Source of the DNA: Mobula hypostoma
Lineage: Eukaryota
DNA: 64,000 nt
Assembly: GCF_963921235.1 (NCBI RefSeq)
Contig: NC_086108.1
Coordinates: 66,900,001 to 66,964,000 of the forward strand
Direction of reading: 5' to 3'
A program made the translations under genes and the position numbers. Of this stretch, positions 51,910 through 64,000 are shown one piece after another. How positions within the stretch are numbered: position 1 is the first letter of the stretch; each line of letters starts with the position of its first letter. The notes below the pieces were generated by a model. The model saw only the letters and a list, made by a program, of their open reading frames with translations. It was not told the DNA's origin and ran no database searches.

Positions 51910-54041
51910 CAGGACACCTTTCAATGTGCTGTTCTTGGACTACAGTTCAGCATTCAACACCATTGTTCCATCCAAGCTCAACAAGAAGATCAGAGACCTC
52001 GGCCTTGACCCTGTCTTGTGCAGATGGATCCTGGACTTCCTGTCAGATCGCCAGCAAGAGTGGGCTCCCTCACCTGTAACCCTCTGACTCTAAATACGAG
52101 AGCCCCTCAGGGCTGTGTACTGAGTCCCCTCCTTTACTCCCTGTATACCCATGACTGAATCGCCACCCACAGCTCCAATCTGCTAATGAAATTTGCCAAC
52201 GACACTACATTGATTGGCCTTATCTTAAACAAAAAATCAAGGTGGCTAATAGGGAAGAAGTCATCCCTCTGACACAGTGGTGTTAAGATAACAACCTCTC
52301 CCTCAATGTCACAAAAACAAAGGAGCTGGTTGTGGATTACAGGAGGAATGGAGACAGGCTAACCCCTATTGGCATCAATGGATCTGGGGCTGACAGGGTA
52401 AACAGCTTCAAGTTCCTCGGCATCCACATCACCGAGGACCTCACGTGGTCTGTACACACCAGCCGTGTGATGAAAATGGCGGTTGAGGAAGTTTCGTATG
52501 GGCCCCTAAATCCTAAGAACTTTTTACAGGGGCACAATTGAGAGCATCCTGACTGGCTGCATCATTGCCTGGTATGGGAACTGTACCTTCCTTAATCACA
52601 GGATTCCGCACAGAGTGGTGCGGGCAGCGCAGCGCAACTGTAGTTGTGAACTTCCTGTGATTCAGGACATTTACAAGGACAGGTGTGTAAAAAGTGCTTG
52701 TAGGATCATTGGGGACCCAAGTCCTCCCAACCACAATGTATTCCAGCTGCTACCATTTGAGAAGTGGTACCGCAGTATAAAAGCCAGGATCAACAGGCTC
52801 CAGGACAGTTTCTTCCACCAGGCCATCAGACTGATGAACTCAAGCTGACTTGAGGCTACATCTACACTACACCAGATAATTTTGAAAACGTCGGTTTTGA
52901 GTAAAAACAACAGGCGTCCACACTAAGCGTTTTTCAAAATATCTCCGTCCACATTAGGCGGATATTTGGGTGAATCTCCTCCTACTGGGCATGCTCAGGA
53001 CACACAGAAAACAAGCGAAGAGAAAACGATACACTTAGTGCGCATTTGTCCAGTTACAGAGTAGAAAAACTTTAAAGGAATTGCTCTTGGCTCTTGCGCA
53101 GGAGGACTTAAAACTAAAAAAAAACAAATACTGGAGCGTATGGAGGCAACCGACAGGGAGTTCACGGACAGTATGACCCAGCTGATGGCGAACATTGAAA
53201 AACTGACCAACTCTGTTGCATTAATAAAGCACCTTGTTAAATGTATAAAACATGTCTGCATCAGTGTTATCTTGTATTTCCATACAATGTTACATTAGGC
53301 TGTTACGCATCTATTGTCAGAGAAATACTGAAGGCAAACCACCTTCATACAAGCAAGGACAGAAAACGGGGCAAAGTGAGTATACTTATTTATTCAGTAA
53401 GCAATGGGTCAAAGTATTTGGTGAGTACATTTCTAACTCTTCTGGCTCCAGTCTCATTGCCGTCTGTTCTGAAATTGTTGGGTTATGCGGGGGGTTGCGT
53501 TCAAGAAAACAATGAAATGCCGCACTGCGGCCATCTGTTCCAGCACATCATGACAGCGTTTTTAAATAGTCAAAAAAGCTCACTTTACAATTTAACTCTC
53601 ACGCCGTTCACACCGACTGCGCGTTATAACAGCCGTACGGCAGTGCTTGCGCAGCACCAAGCGGAAGCAGAAAAAGCATTGTTGTTGTGCTGTTGTCATG
53701 ACAGCATTTTTAAATCTCTCCGTTTACCCCGTACACACTACAACGGATATTAGGCGTTTTCAGATTTATTCACTCTGGAGACCGTTTCTGAAAATCTGCA
53801 TTTTCGGGGGATGAAAACGCCGTTTTAGTGTGGACAGAGGGTCAAAACGAAGAGAAAAAGCTTCCTTTTCAAAATTATCCGGTGTAGTGTGGACGTAGCC
53901 TGACCTCTATATTACATTGACTGTTCTATTTATTATAAGTTACTATGATTGCACATGGCACAATTAGATGGAGATGTAACATAAAGATTTTTACTCCTCA
54001 TGTATGTGAAGGACATAAGAAATAAAGTCAATTCAATTCAA
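51910..54041 (+). mobile_element. Rex1/Babar-type LINE 3' fragment, interrupted by a Harbinger element
   Basis: [49 protein letters not shown]; 3' UTR resumes at 53904 and ends aataaagtcaattcaattcaa. Confidence 0.9.
52854..53900. mobile_element. PIF/Harbinger non-autonomous DNA transposon
   Basis: About 35-bp imperfect TIRs GGCTACATCTACACTACACCAGATAATTTTGAAAA / TTTTCAAAATTATCCGGTGTAGTGTGGACGTAGCC; 3-bp TSD TGA (52851-52853 / 53901-53903). Confidence 0.9.
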
Positions 54042-57000
54042 TGTTGTAATCTGTCTGGTTAAACAAGTTACTTATGTGACATCACAAAGCCTGGAGGAAC
54101 ATTGGTAGCATTAGGATGGGGGGGGTGGGGTAGGGGTCAAGTGGCTTAATTGGGTGTGGGAAAAAATCACCAATGGAGAAATGAATCAGCTCATGTTCTC
54201 GATATTTACTGCCTTTTTTTCTTTTGTATTTGCACAATTTTTTGTCTTTTGCACATTGGTTGTCTGACTGCTCTGTTGGGTGTGTTTTTAATTGATTCTA
54301 TTATGTTTCTGGATTCACTGTGTATGCCCGCAAGAAAACGAATCTCAGGGTTGTACATGGTGACGTACGAGTACCTTAATAAATTTACTTTGAACATTGA
54401 AGAGCTAATTATCTGCGTATGACTTCAGGAATCCTTTTAAAATGATTGGAAGTGTGCAGGAGATGAAGGTTTATGTGTTTTCCCTCTCAGCAGCTTTTGC
54501 AATGCTTTCTTCCAGCCCTCAGTTAACCCAGACACAAATGTACTAATTTTAATAGTAATGAGCCAACAGAACTGCGGCTCCTGCTCTATTTCTCAGGCTG
54601 ACATTAATTGGTTTCAAGTAAAGCTGAATACCAAGAACACAATTTATTTTTTCTCTTTTATACAAATAATAGTTCCTCTCAAATTAGTACTGTTCTCCCT
54701 TGCCAGCTGTAGTACGATGAGTTCTTGTCCTTACTGTGGAATATAACAAAGCCACTTGGCTTGCAGCATCAAGGGATTTGTCTTTATTGTGGCATTTGAC
54801 TCTCTAAATTGAACGAAGATACATACAATGATACTGAATTCACACATGATACACTTAACACAGCTTAAGGTAGCAGTGAAACCACCAACCTTGAGGTAAC
54901 AATTATACTTCGTCGTTAGTCTACATGAGCCAAGAAACAGTATACACACAGCACACCTTCATTGTTCCTCCAGCATTTTGTGTGTGTTGCTTAAGATTTC
55001 CAGCATCTGCAGAGTGTCTTGTGTATTCATTGTTTCTCCACTCAGCATGCTTACTCCCCAGCTTCCTTCCTCGCGGAGTTAAATTGCTTCTATTTTACTC
55101 TTCACTCTTTCATCCTTTTGCCTGCCTTTTCTGTTTAATTCAGTCAAATAAATTATATACAGATCTCAATAGTATGATTGTTTTCAGATGAGTGAGCATT
55201 GAAATGCCAATTCCTACCACTGTTCAACTGCCCAGGAAAAGTCTGATGCTATCTCCACAGTGAAAGTAACGCTGGGGATCTATGGACAACGCAAGACTCT
55301 ACTTTCGTAGTAAACTTGTGCCTGATTCAGCTGCATGCCTGAGCTGCTCTGCAGTCAGCCCTGAGAAGCTAAAAGCAACACAGTGACTTTGGGACAGTCA
55401 CCATTCTGCTTCTGCCTAGGTAGCAAGTTAAGGCAGTCATATTACTTGATAAGCCGTGTGAGGGCATCACTAGCCTTTATTAAGCAGAGACAACTACCAC
55501 TTCCATAAATGAATTCTCAGAACGCTGAAAGTGCATGGAAATACTCAAACATAGCTTTGCTTGCACTGAACATAGTTGCTTTCTAAACCTGTATTTTACT
55601 GAAATATATATCATATCCTAGGGCATATTTGGCCCTATACAATTTTAATATATGAATTTAACATACAGCAGTTTCCCCTTTTTAAGTACTTTTATCATCT
55701 GGTTAACCATTTATAAAGTAATATACCTGGCTTCTTTTTGTAAAAAAAAACATGATATATTAGAGTCGTCTACTGGTCTGTGCAATGAGGAGCTCATTAA
55801 AAAAAGCCTTCACCCCCATTGTGACAACATCAGATTACAAGAGTTATTTCAGAACCCCACTGACTAAATGATCATAAATAATTATATTACTCATGGATAG
55901 GAGTGGGAAATCAAGTTGTGACTATAAATTTTCAGCCCCCAGTGGCTTTTCCTTCTGCTGCTACTGTTCATGGTAATGCGAAAATAAAATCAGATGTAGC
56001 AACGAGAGACTCTGAGTAAAGACCCACTGAATATTACAATTCAGGTCACTTTTTATGGCACTTATAACATTTACAATGTGAAATAAGAGCCAAATTACAC
56101 ATTCACTGAGCTACTGTTTGTTATTATGAGTGGACTATGCTGCTCATTGCCTGGGCTTAATGGACTGAGACTCTAAGGACTAAACATAACTCAAGTTATT
56201 TAAAATATAAGAAAAAGCTGCAGATGCAGGAAATCTGAAATAAAAACAGAAAATGCTGGAAACACTCATACTGCCTAACCCACTAAAAGGTTCCAGTATT
56301 TTCTATTATAATTATTTAAGCTAAAATCTCCAAGTAATAGAGGAAGCATGAAAGATTAATTGGAAGTTAAACCAGAGGTTAGTAGCTTGGATGACATGGT
56401 CACATGGGTGTAATTGAGCAGCAGGAGATTTTTGGGCCAGAATGGCTGCACCTTTAAATAAAGACACAAGAGATTCTGCAGATGCTGAACACCCACACAA
56501 AATGCTGGCAGCATCTGTGGAAGGGAAGAAAGAGTTGATGTTTCAGGCCAAGACCCACTCCTGATGAAGGATAAATTAGTAGTTTAATTAAGATTTTCAA
56601 TACTTTGGCAGAAACTGGGGCTAGATTAAAATAAAAATTCTAGGACCTATCAAGACTTTTGTAACTTCAAATAAATTACACGGTGTCACTTACATTTGAC
56701 TCCATTAATCTCCAGCTAAAATATTTCTGTAGTTTACAAACACAGTAAGGTGTTTTAGGTCACAAAATTGATGACACATGTATAATCTTAAAATCCTAGT
56801 AATTATAGACCTGTGAATAAACAGAATTTATCCACCTGTTGGTTTGCATAAGGTTAGGTAGAACTTTTTTTTCCCCCACAGTTCTGCCTGTGAAAGTCTG
56901 GAAGCAGAATTAGGACTTGCTGCAGATGAACAGCAAATTGAAGGCATTCCCATGGCTCCATTGCTAAAATCATCGCAGGTGCACTGCTGGACCACACAGA

Positions 57001-57734
57001 CTAAAAAACAGCCTTCATACAACTCATCTATATACAAGCTGAGGCATGAATAGTATAATTGTTCAGGGTTGCTGAATACACATCATCCAGCAACCCTGTG
57101 ATCACTGTCTCGGGGGCCGATGTCCTTTAAGGTTGTGAACCCTTGCAAGGTGTCAGGCTCTGACGGCATAAATGGCAGGTTACTAAAACCCTATGCTGAC
57201 CAACTGGCTGGAGTGATTAAAGACATCCTCATTCTCTCACTGCTGCAGCCTGAAGTTTCCATCTGCTTTCAAAAGGACAGCAATCATATCAGTGCCCAAG
57301 AAGAGCAGAGTGAGCTGCCTCAGTGACTGTCAACTGGCAGGATCCACATCTGTGATAAAGTGCTTTGAGAGAGTGAAAACGGCCAGAATTTACACTTGTC
57401 TGAGCAAGGACCTGGTCCCATTGCTAATTGCCTCCTGTCACACCAGCTCTTCAGCAAACACAATCTCGCTGTCTCTCCACTAGGCTTTGGAGCACCTAGG
57501 CAACAGCAAAGCATATGTCAGGCTGTTCTTTATTGATTACAGCTTGGTGTCAATGCCATCATACCCTGAGTATTAATAACCAATTTTTTAATATTGTGTC
57601 TCTTAACTCCATCTGTAACTGAAATCCTAGACTTCCTCACCAGGAGACCGCAGTTAGTATGGATCAGTGATAACATCTCCACCCTGCTAACAATCAACAC
57701 ATGTGCATCTCAAGTATGCATGCTTAGCCAGGAA

Positions 57735-58381
57735 TTTCTGAATGGTGGATCTGTGGAATTCTTTGCCACTGGCAGCTGTGGATGCCAAGTCTTCATGTAC
57801 ATTTAAGGCAGAGGTTAATAGATTCTTAGCAAGTCGGGCAGCATCCATGGAAATGATGAGTCAACATTTCGAGCCCGAACCCTTCGTCAGGACTGTAGAG
57901 GGAAGGGGCAGAGACCCTATAAAGAAGGTGGGGGGAGGGCGGGAAGGAGAAGGCTGGTAGGTTCCAGGTGAAAAACCAGTAAGGGGAAAGACAAAGGGTA
58001 GGGGAGGGGAAGCAGGGAGGTGATAGGCTGGAAAGGTGAAAAAGGAATAGGGGAAAACATAATGGGTAGTAGAAGGAGGCAGAACCAGGGCCTCTGCCCC
58101 TTCCCTCTACAGTCCTAATGAAGGGTTCCGGCCCGAAATGTCGACTCATCGTTTCCACGGATGCTGCCCGACCTACTGAATTCCTCCAGCGTGTTGTGAG
58201 TGTTGCTTTGATCCCAGCATCTGCAGATTATTTTGTGTTAATAGATTCTTGATTGGTCAGGGTATGAAGGGATACAGGGAGAAGGCAGGAAATTGGGGCT
58301 GAGAGAGAAATTGGATCAGCCATGATGAAATAGCAGATGAGCCAAATGGCCTAATTCTGCTCCTATATCTCATGGTCTTAG
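57735..58381 (+). mobile_element. CR1 3' end, split by a PLE-derived insertion
   Basis: MVDLWNSLPLAAVDAKSSCTFKAEVNRFL continues after 58250; tail ctatatctcatggtctta. Confidence 0.85.
57828..58236. mobile_element. Fold-back PLE-derived element with 14-bp TSD and two hammerhead motifs
   Basis: TSD GTTAATAGATTCTT at 57814-57827 and 58237-58250; motifs at 57858-57895 (-) and 58110-58147 (+), both partly mutated. Confidence 0.88.
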
Positions 58382-61300
58382 CAAACTGTTTTACGCTACA
58401 CTCTTGTTATTGTGGCTAAGCACAGCTAAAACACCATGTTTAAATTTGCAGTTGACATCACTGTTGTTGGTAAAATCTCAAGTGATGACAAGGAGGCATA
58501 AAGAAGTGAAAAGGATCCGCTGGTTGAGTGGCCAGTGTCTCTGCTTTGTTCGGAGCGTTTTAGATTTGGTGTGTGATCAGAGAGGCTTCAGAGTGTTGTA
58601 GAGTCCGACAGCCCCATTATGGGACAACACCCCCCACCGTCAGAGAAACCTCCAGGAAAATGTTCTTCAAGAAGCAGCATCCACATACCCTCTTCTCACT
58701 ATTACAATCAGGGAGAAGGTACTGGAGTCTGAAGTCCCACACTCAGTGATTCAGTACAGCTTCTTCCTCCCCACCATCAAATTTCTGAATGGCTAATGAA
58801 TAGTGCATCATTATTCCTCTATTTGTACTATTTATTTATATTGTATTTTATTATGATTTTATCTCTTTGACGATTTATTGAAAACAACACATTCCATGTC
58901 ATAAATTGTATGTCAGCGAAAATGAAACTGATTCTTATTCTGACATGTAGAGGTAACACAAGAGTGTGAGTAATTCTGGAATCTAAATCCTCTGGATTTG
59001 TGAGGCATCAGCTTCACTTCCAGCAGTACCATGCAGAGATGACCAGCTAAGGATGTTACTGTGCTCAACTGTTGTGCAGTGTGTATATTCATTCTCTTTT
59101 CTGTCAGAATATTCGCCCCATTCACTCCAGAAATGCTGGGCTGAACTAGCTGTACCCGAAGATGAACCTTTTCATAATCTGTGTAATATTCTGTGTGTTA
59201 CACACCTGGAATTTTACTGATCAGACAAAGTTACAGGTTCAAAACCCAGTGTGTGTCATGCTTACTGACTGTATGTAGGGTGGCATTAGAATTGGTAAAA
59301 CTGACCTCTCTGCGGAGGCTGGGGAGAAATATTAAATATGCTCCCAATTTCTTCAACAAAATGGGCTACAGCAACATTGTGTGTAATAAATATGTTTGAG
59401 TTCAGAAGAATTGTATATCTTTATGTTCAAATGCTCTTACAGCTCAAATGAAGAACAGTGTTTTCTTCACGTGACATAGGCAGTCAACATTTGTGGAATC
59501 AAACAGGGCAGGCTTCATTAGAGAGAAATTATACAGAAAGTGAGAGGTTTTCTAAAAATAATAAGATCAGTAGAAAGTCCACAGTAGAAGTACTGTGGTT
59601 GTCATACTAGGCTTTTCATCTTTAGGATTTAATCATGGCACTCTGATATTGGTTGGCTTATTCACTTCCTACTTTCAACATTTGTACTGGTTTCAGCTTT
59701 ACACTGAATATCACTGTGATATTATTCACATTGCTATTCTCAAGGCAGCAGTCTCTTTCTGCTTTATGTCATGGTGGCTACTTCAAATAACATAGTTCAT
59801 CTTGATGATGCAGTAATAGATTATATAAATTCAAACGAAGGATACCTTTAAGCACAACATGGCCTCATTTAAGTCATTCGCAATTATCAGATCTGGATGT
59901 GAAAAATAGGAAGTCTAGATTGTTCGGTTCAAAAAGTGTTGTATTATCATACAAGAGCAAAGTCTTAATAATTAAATCGTTTCCTTCACCAGATCCACAG
60001 GGAGCAGTTATAACCTCATACTCCAATGAGCTCATCCATTGGATATATCACTTTGTCATGTGGCATCCCTTATATTGTTAAGTATGACCACACAAGTGGG
60101 CTCTCTGAAACTCTCAGAGTGAGGATTGGCCAGCTTCATGAAATCTTTCAGTATGGATTCTAAATTAATTCCAGATTAAAAAATAGAGCCAAGATTGTAG
60201 ATCCATTTAAGGTCAAAAGGAACTTTAACTTTAAGTTCAAAGTTTCATATGGTCCTTGGGAAGAAATATCACACATGAAGTTCAAAGAAACATGTTTAAT
60301 AATTTAAGAATTAATGGTGGTAGAAGGCAGATGATGTGACTTGATTCAATTTAACATGCTTAAGGGGACAGGAATTTAAGCTATCCTGATAGACACTTGT
60401 ATATTTAACATTTCTAAGATGAATTTCAATTAGATTATTTAAATGATTTCCTGTGCTATAGTGACTCATGTTCATTTTTTCAATTAGCTGGCATATTTAA
60501 CAGATCCATTAAATACACTTTGCTGCAAGCTTCAATTTTACATGGATCTGTTCAACTTTAATGAAGAAAGAGTCAGGCAACTGCCTGGAATAATTTTATC
60601 AGAAAGGAAATAATTGTATTTGGACCGCAGTGGCATTGAGCACTAAATTCAAAATTTAGATTTAAAACTAGAACAATACTGGCATCCTATTTAAAACATT
60701 TCTTGCTTCAATAAATATTGTTCTCTTTTTAAAACATTCTTCTGCTTCAGCAAGTGAGATGCACAGAAGGACAATTTGCAACTTCTTGAGCTAGCTCTGT
60801 CAGCATCTATGTTAACATGCAAAATTGGAGACTGCGAATGGAATTTCCTACATTCGTACACACACACATATGCCCAAACCTCACCCATAGACTCAGTGAC
60901 ACATGCAGCATCCATAATATTTTCTATTCAATCCATTTCTGTCTCTCCCATAACTATTGCCCAAATTACTGTTATTCAGATTTCAAAACTTCAGGCTTAA
61001 TCAAACTCTCTTGAGACTACCACCAAATTGTAGAATCACAACAGTGCATTTTGCTTTCATTTTTATTGCAATTTTCTATACATTTAAGAAACACCTATCC
61101 TGATTGAGACCTGCTTTGTACTTTTTGTTTCTTGTCATCTTAAAAAATCTAAATGCTTTACTGTAAGAGTCATTAATCATGATGTGCCCAGTAACATAAG
61201 CCATGATTGAAATTAGTTGGTATTTCCATTCTTAACCCCCAAAAAGAAATGCATTTCATGCATCTGGTACTTTTGTCTTGAGTCTTTATCCCAATTTCTA

Positions 61301-62119
61301 TATTTGCATGGCTAAATTCTAATCAGATTAATACAGCAAATATCCTGTCCTTGAACAACCTTCTGTGTGAAGGTTGCACATTGTCCCTATGACCCAGGTA
61401 ATCCAGTTTCCTCCAATATTCCAAAGACATGCTGGTTTGTGTTGATGGGTGGCAAGAACATCAAAAGGAATTGATGGCTTCATGACGGAGAATAAGTTAC
61501 TGGGAAAGAAATGGGGGAATTAAACTGATCAGCAAGCTCTGAAAGAGCCAATGGACACTTCAACATCAAAAGAATAGACAAGGAGATATAGGAATATGAG
61601 AAATTTGCAGCAAATGTGAGCATAACCTGACATAAGAATGGGTGCAAATTTGGGGTCATCTTCTAGGATGAATATCTGTAGAAATTCCAGTCTATGGCTT
61701 CTAACAATATGTTTTTACAGACTGAACATATTCAAGCAATATGTTTTTACAGATTTCCTAACAGATATTACTTTTGAAAACATCCATCAAGAAATTTCAG
61801 GAATATTTTTTTAAAACTTGGATATTGGAATGACATCACATTCAATGCTTCAATTTAGTTATCAATGTGAGTAAAATCAGGGTTCACTAAACCAGGTATT
61901 AAAATAAGCATTTGTAAATTTGGAAGATTAGTATGAGAAATGCTGTTCTGTGTTCGTTGTTGCAATAAAGCCTACATCGAACTGAACTACATAGACCAGA
62001 AACCAAGATGATCAATTCTTGGCTCGATGATATCATGAACAGCAAAAATCCATTCCTGATTCTCACATAATACTCTCAGCCCAGATTGTATTGAAGGTCA
62101 AAAAATTGTAATTCCCAAG

Positions 62120-62330
62120 TTTATTTTTAGAGATTGTAACAGGCACTTCCAGCCCTACGAGCTCATGCTGCCCAATTATACCTATGTGACCTATTGACCT
62201 ACTAACCTGTACATCTTTCGAATGTATGAGGAACATGGAGCATCCGGAGGAAACCGTACAAACAGGCAGCAGTGGGAATTGAAACTGAGTTGCTGGCCCT
62301 CATGCTAACCACTACACTACCATGCCACCC
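62120..62330 (-). mobile_element. V-SINE, decayed
   Basis: Minus-strand GTAGTGTAGTGGTTAGC head and GTTTCCTCCGGATGCTCC core. Confidence 0.7.
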
Positions 62331-64000
62331 AGGGTTCAGGTTGACCATGACAGTTTAATTTTGAGTCATCTTTTAGTTTTATAAAGCATGTTTAGCATGA
62401 GCAATAAAAAACTCAAACAAATTCGATGGCACTAAGGTGAGTGCACATGGATCAGAAAAAAAGTGGAAAAAAGGCCCAAAGAAAATTTTGCTTTCTTTTT
62501 GTAATCATGAGCAAGCATTTTAAATTGAGCTATTGAAATTTGCTGCAGAGTCTGGAATGAATACTTACCATAGCTGTCACTCATTGAACTTCTGTGTGAA
62601 ACTAAAACATTAAAATTGAAGTGTGCAGTCAGGAAAGATCAACATCTTCTATTGGAATTTGCCAGTGAATGTTGTGACAAAGCATTACTGTTCATGGAGA
62701 TCCTTGCCTGGGTTGTGACTGCAATTCACAGTAAAGTTTTGGAACGAGATCAATTCCATCTATTCTGCTACTGAAGCCCAGAAAGGTGAGAAGCAGTCAG
62801 CGCTATTGGTTAATGGTGCATGATTTAAGTCATTCAATAGAAATGAGTAATGATGTCTACACGTAGAATTAAGTAATTATAAACTGTAACATCAAATTTT
62901 CTGTTCAATATGATGAGGGGTGACAAGTTAAGGGATACAGATTTTTGCTTTTGCTGATGTTTGCATTATGATTCGTATTGTACTGTCAAATCAAATAAAG
63001 CACAATTCGAGCTCGCGTCGTACATCTGTGCTAATGATGGTCAAACTGTGCACCAAGTTAAAGGTAATCTTTATGGTGCAGGCCTGGAAAAACTGGGGAG
63101 GGAACTGTTACCCAAAGTGATTCCAAGTGAGGTGCTGACAGCACGAAGAATGACTTTCACATCACCAGCCTGTACTGAAATCAAAGCCAGGTCACCAAAC
63201 TTTTGCAGGAATTCTCTACTCTACTTAGCCACTCATAAATAAAGATTATTACAAAATAAATACAATTCTGCAATGAACGAATAAGGTATAGATGCCAGCA
63301 TGCATGCTTCAAGGAAAAGAATGAGTACAAAACCATAAACCAACATGCTGAATTTACTCCATAAACACAGCATTTTGAGACTGATCCTAGAAAACACTGC
63401 ACGTTTGATTTTCATGATCAGATTTTCCGTGTCAGTTCTCTGAAATATGTTTGAATTTCTGAAATAGTAGTGTCAAGCAAAACCCCTCAAATGATGAACA
63501 AGCAAGATGATGGATGCATGAATGAACAACATTACAAGAATCAATCACCCAGCATGGAGTGCAGAAAAGAATCAGTACTGTAAATGTTTCGAACAGAAGT
63601 ACGCTCTGTGACTCAGATCATCAAATGAATGCCGGACACCAAGGCAGTAAAGTAAATGCATTTAATTAGAAATCTTTTGCTAATGAGTCTGCATGACTAC
63701 ACAACCAATCACAGGAACAAAGACCTGAAAGCTCTGAGTTGACTATCAAGTATCAAATGTGCTGGTAAATACGGGCCTTTAGCAGTCATGAATCTTCAGC
63801 TGAAACAAAGTTTTGTTCATATTTTATTTCATTGTTTAGCCCCCGTCATGCTGTATGCAATAATACAATCTCTACACAATGAATACAAAAGAACCTTAAT
63901 GCAAGGAACATCTGTGTTTGAGCAGATACTGCATGGACTTATTAAACAAACAGCTGACACAGCCTGCAGGATCGGGATCCTCATAATGTGCACCATGTGT

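Larger units (their letters stand above)
57090..58900 (+). mobile_element. Old Rex1/Babar-type LINE fragment hosting nested CR1 and PLE insertions
   Basis: KVSGSDGINGRLLKPYADQLAGV, VRLFFIDYS, CASQVCMLS; resumes after about 58380. Confidence 0.8.

Noticed and set aside
53241..53753. 170-aa ORF as a transposase
   Set aside because: No DDE motifs; the transposase-like stub is on the opposite strand.

Overview
Vertebrate, repeat-dominated, apparently intronic or intergenic DNA. No confidently identifiable host gene, rRNA, tRNA gene or CRISPR array is present. The repeat content (CR1 LINEs, Rex1/Babar-type LINEs, V-SINEs, Neptune-type Penelope-like elements) points by inference to a cartilaginous fish, probably a ray. 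Main features: a near full-length decayed CR1 (22632-26629); many truncated and nested LINE fragments; a Penelope-like element (PLE) with inverted termini; a PIF/Harbinger non-autonomous element; a solo LTR; and a 3.9-kb 33/37-bp minisatellite with a 1580-bp higher-order duplication. The most interesting signal is self-cleaving RNA structure read directly from the sequence. (i) Minimal type I hammerhead motifs sit in both arms of small fold-back PLE-derived insertions with 14-16 bp target site duplications (TSDs). (ii) HDV-like double-pseudoknot folds, each with an unusual extra hairpin near P3, lie at the 5' end of two different short non-coding retroelement families (35609-35793; 27863-28014 with a second copy at 34799). 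All ribozyme calls are hand-folded and untested.
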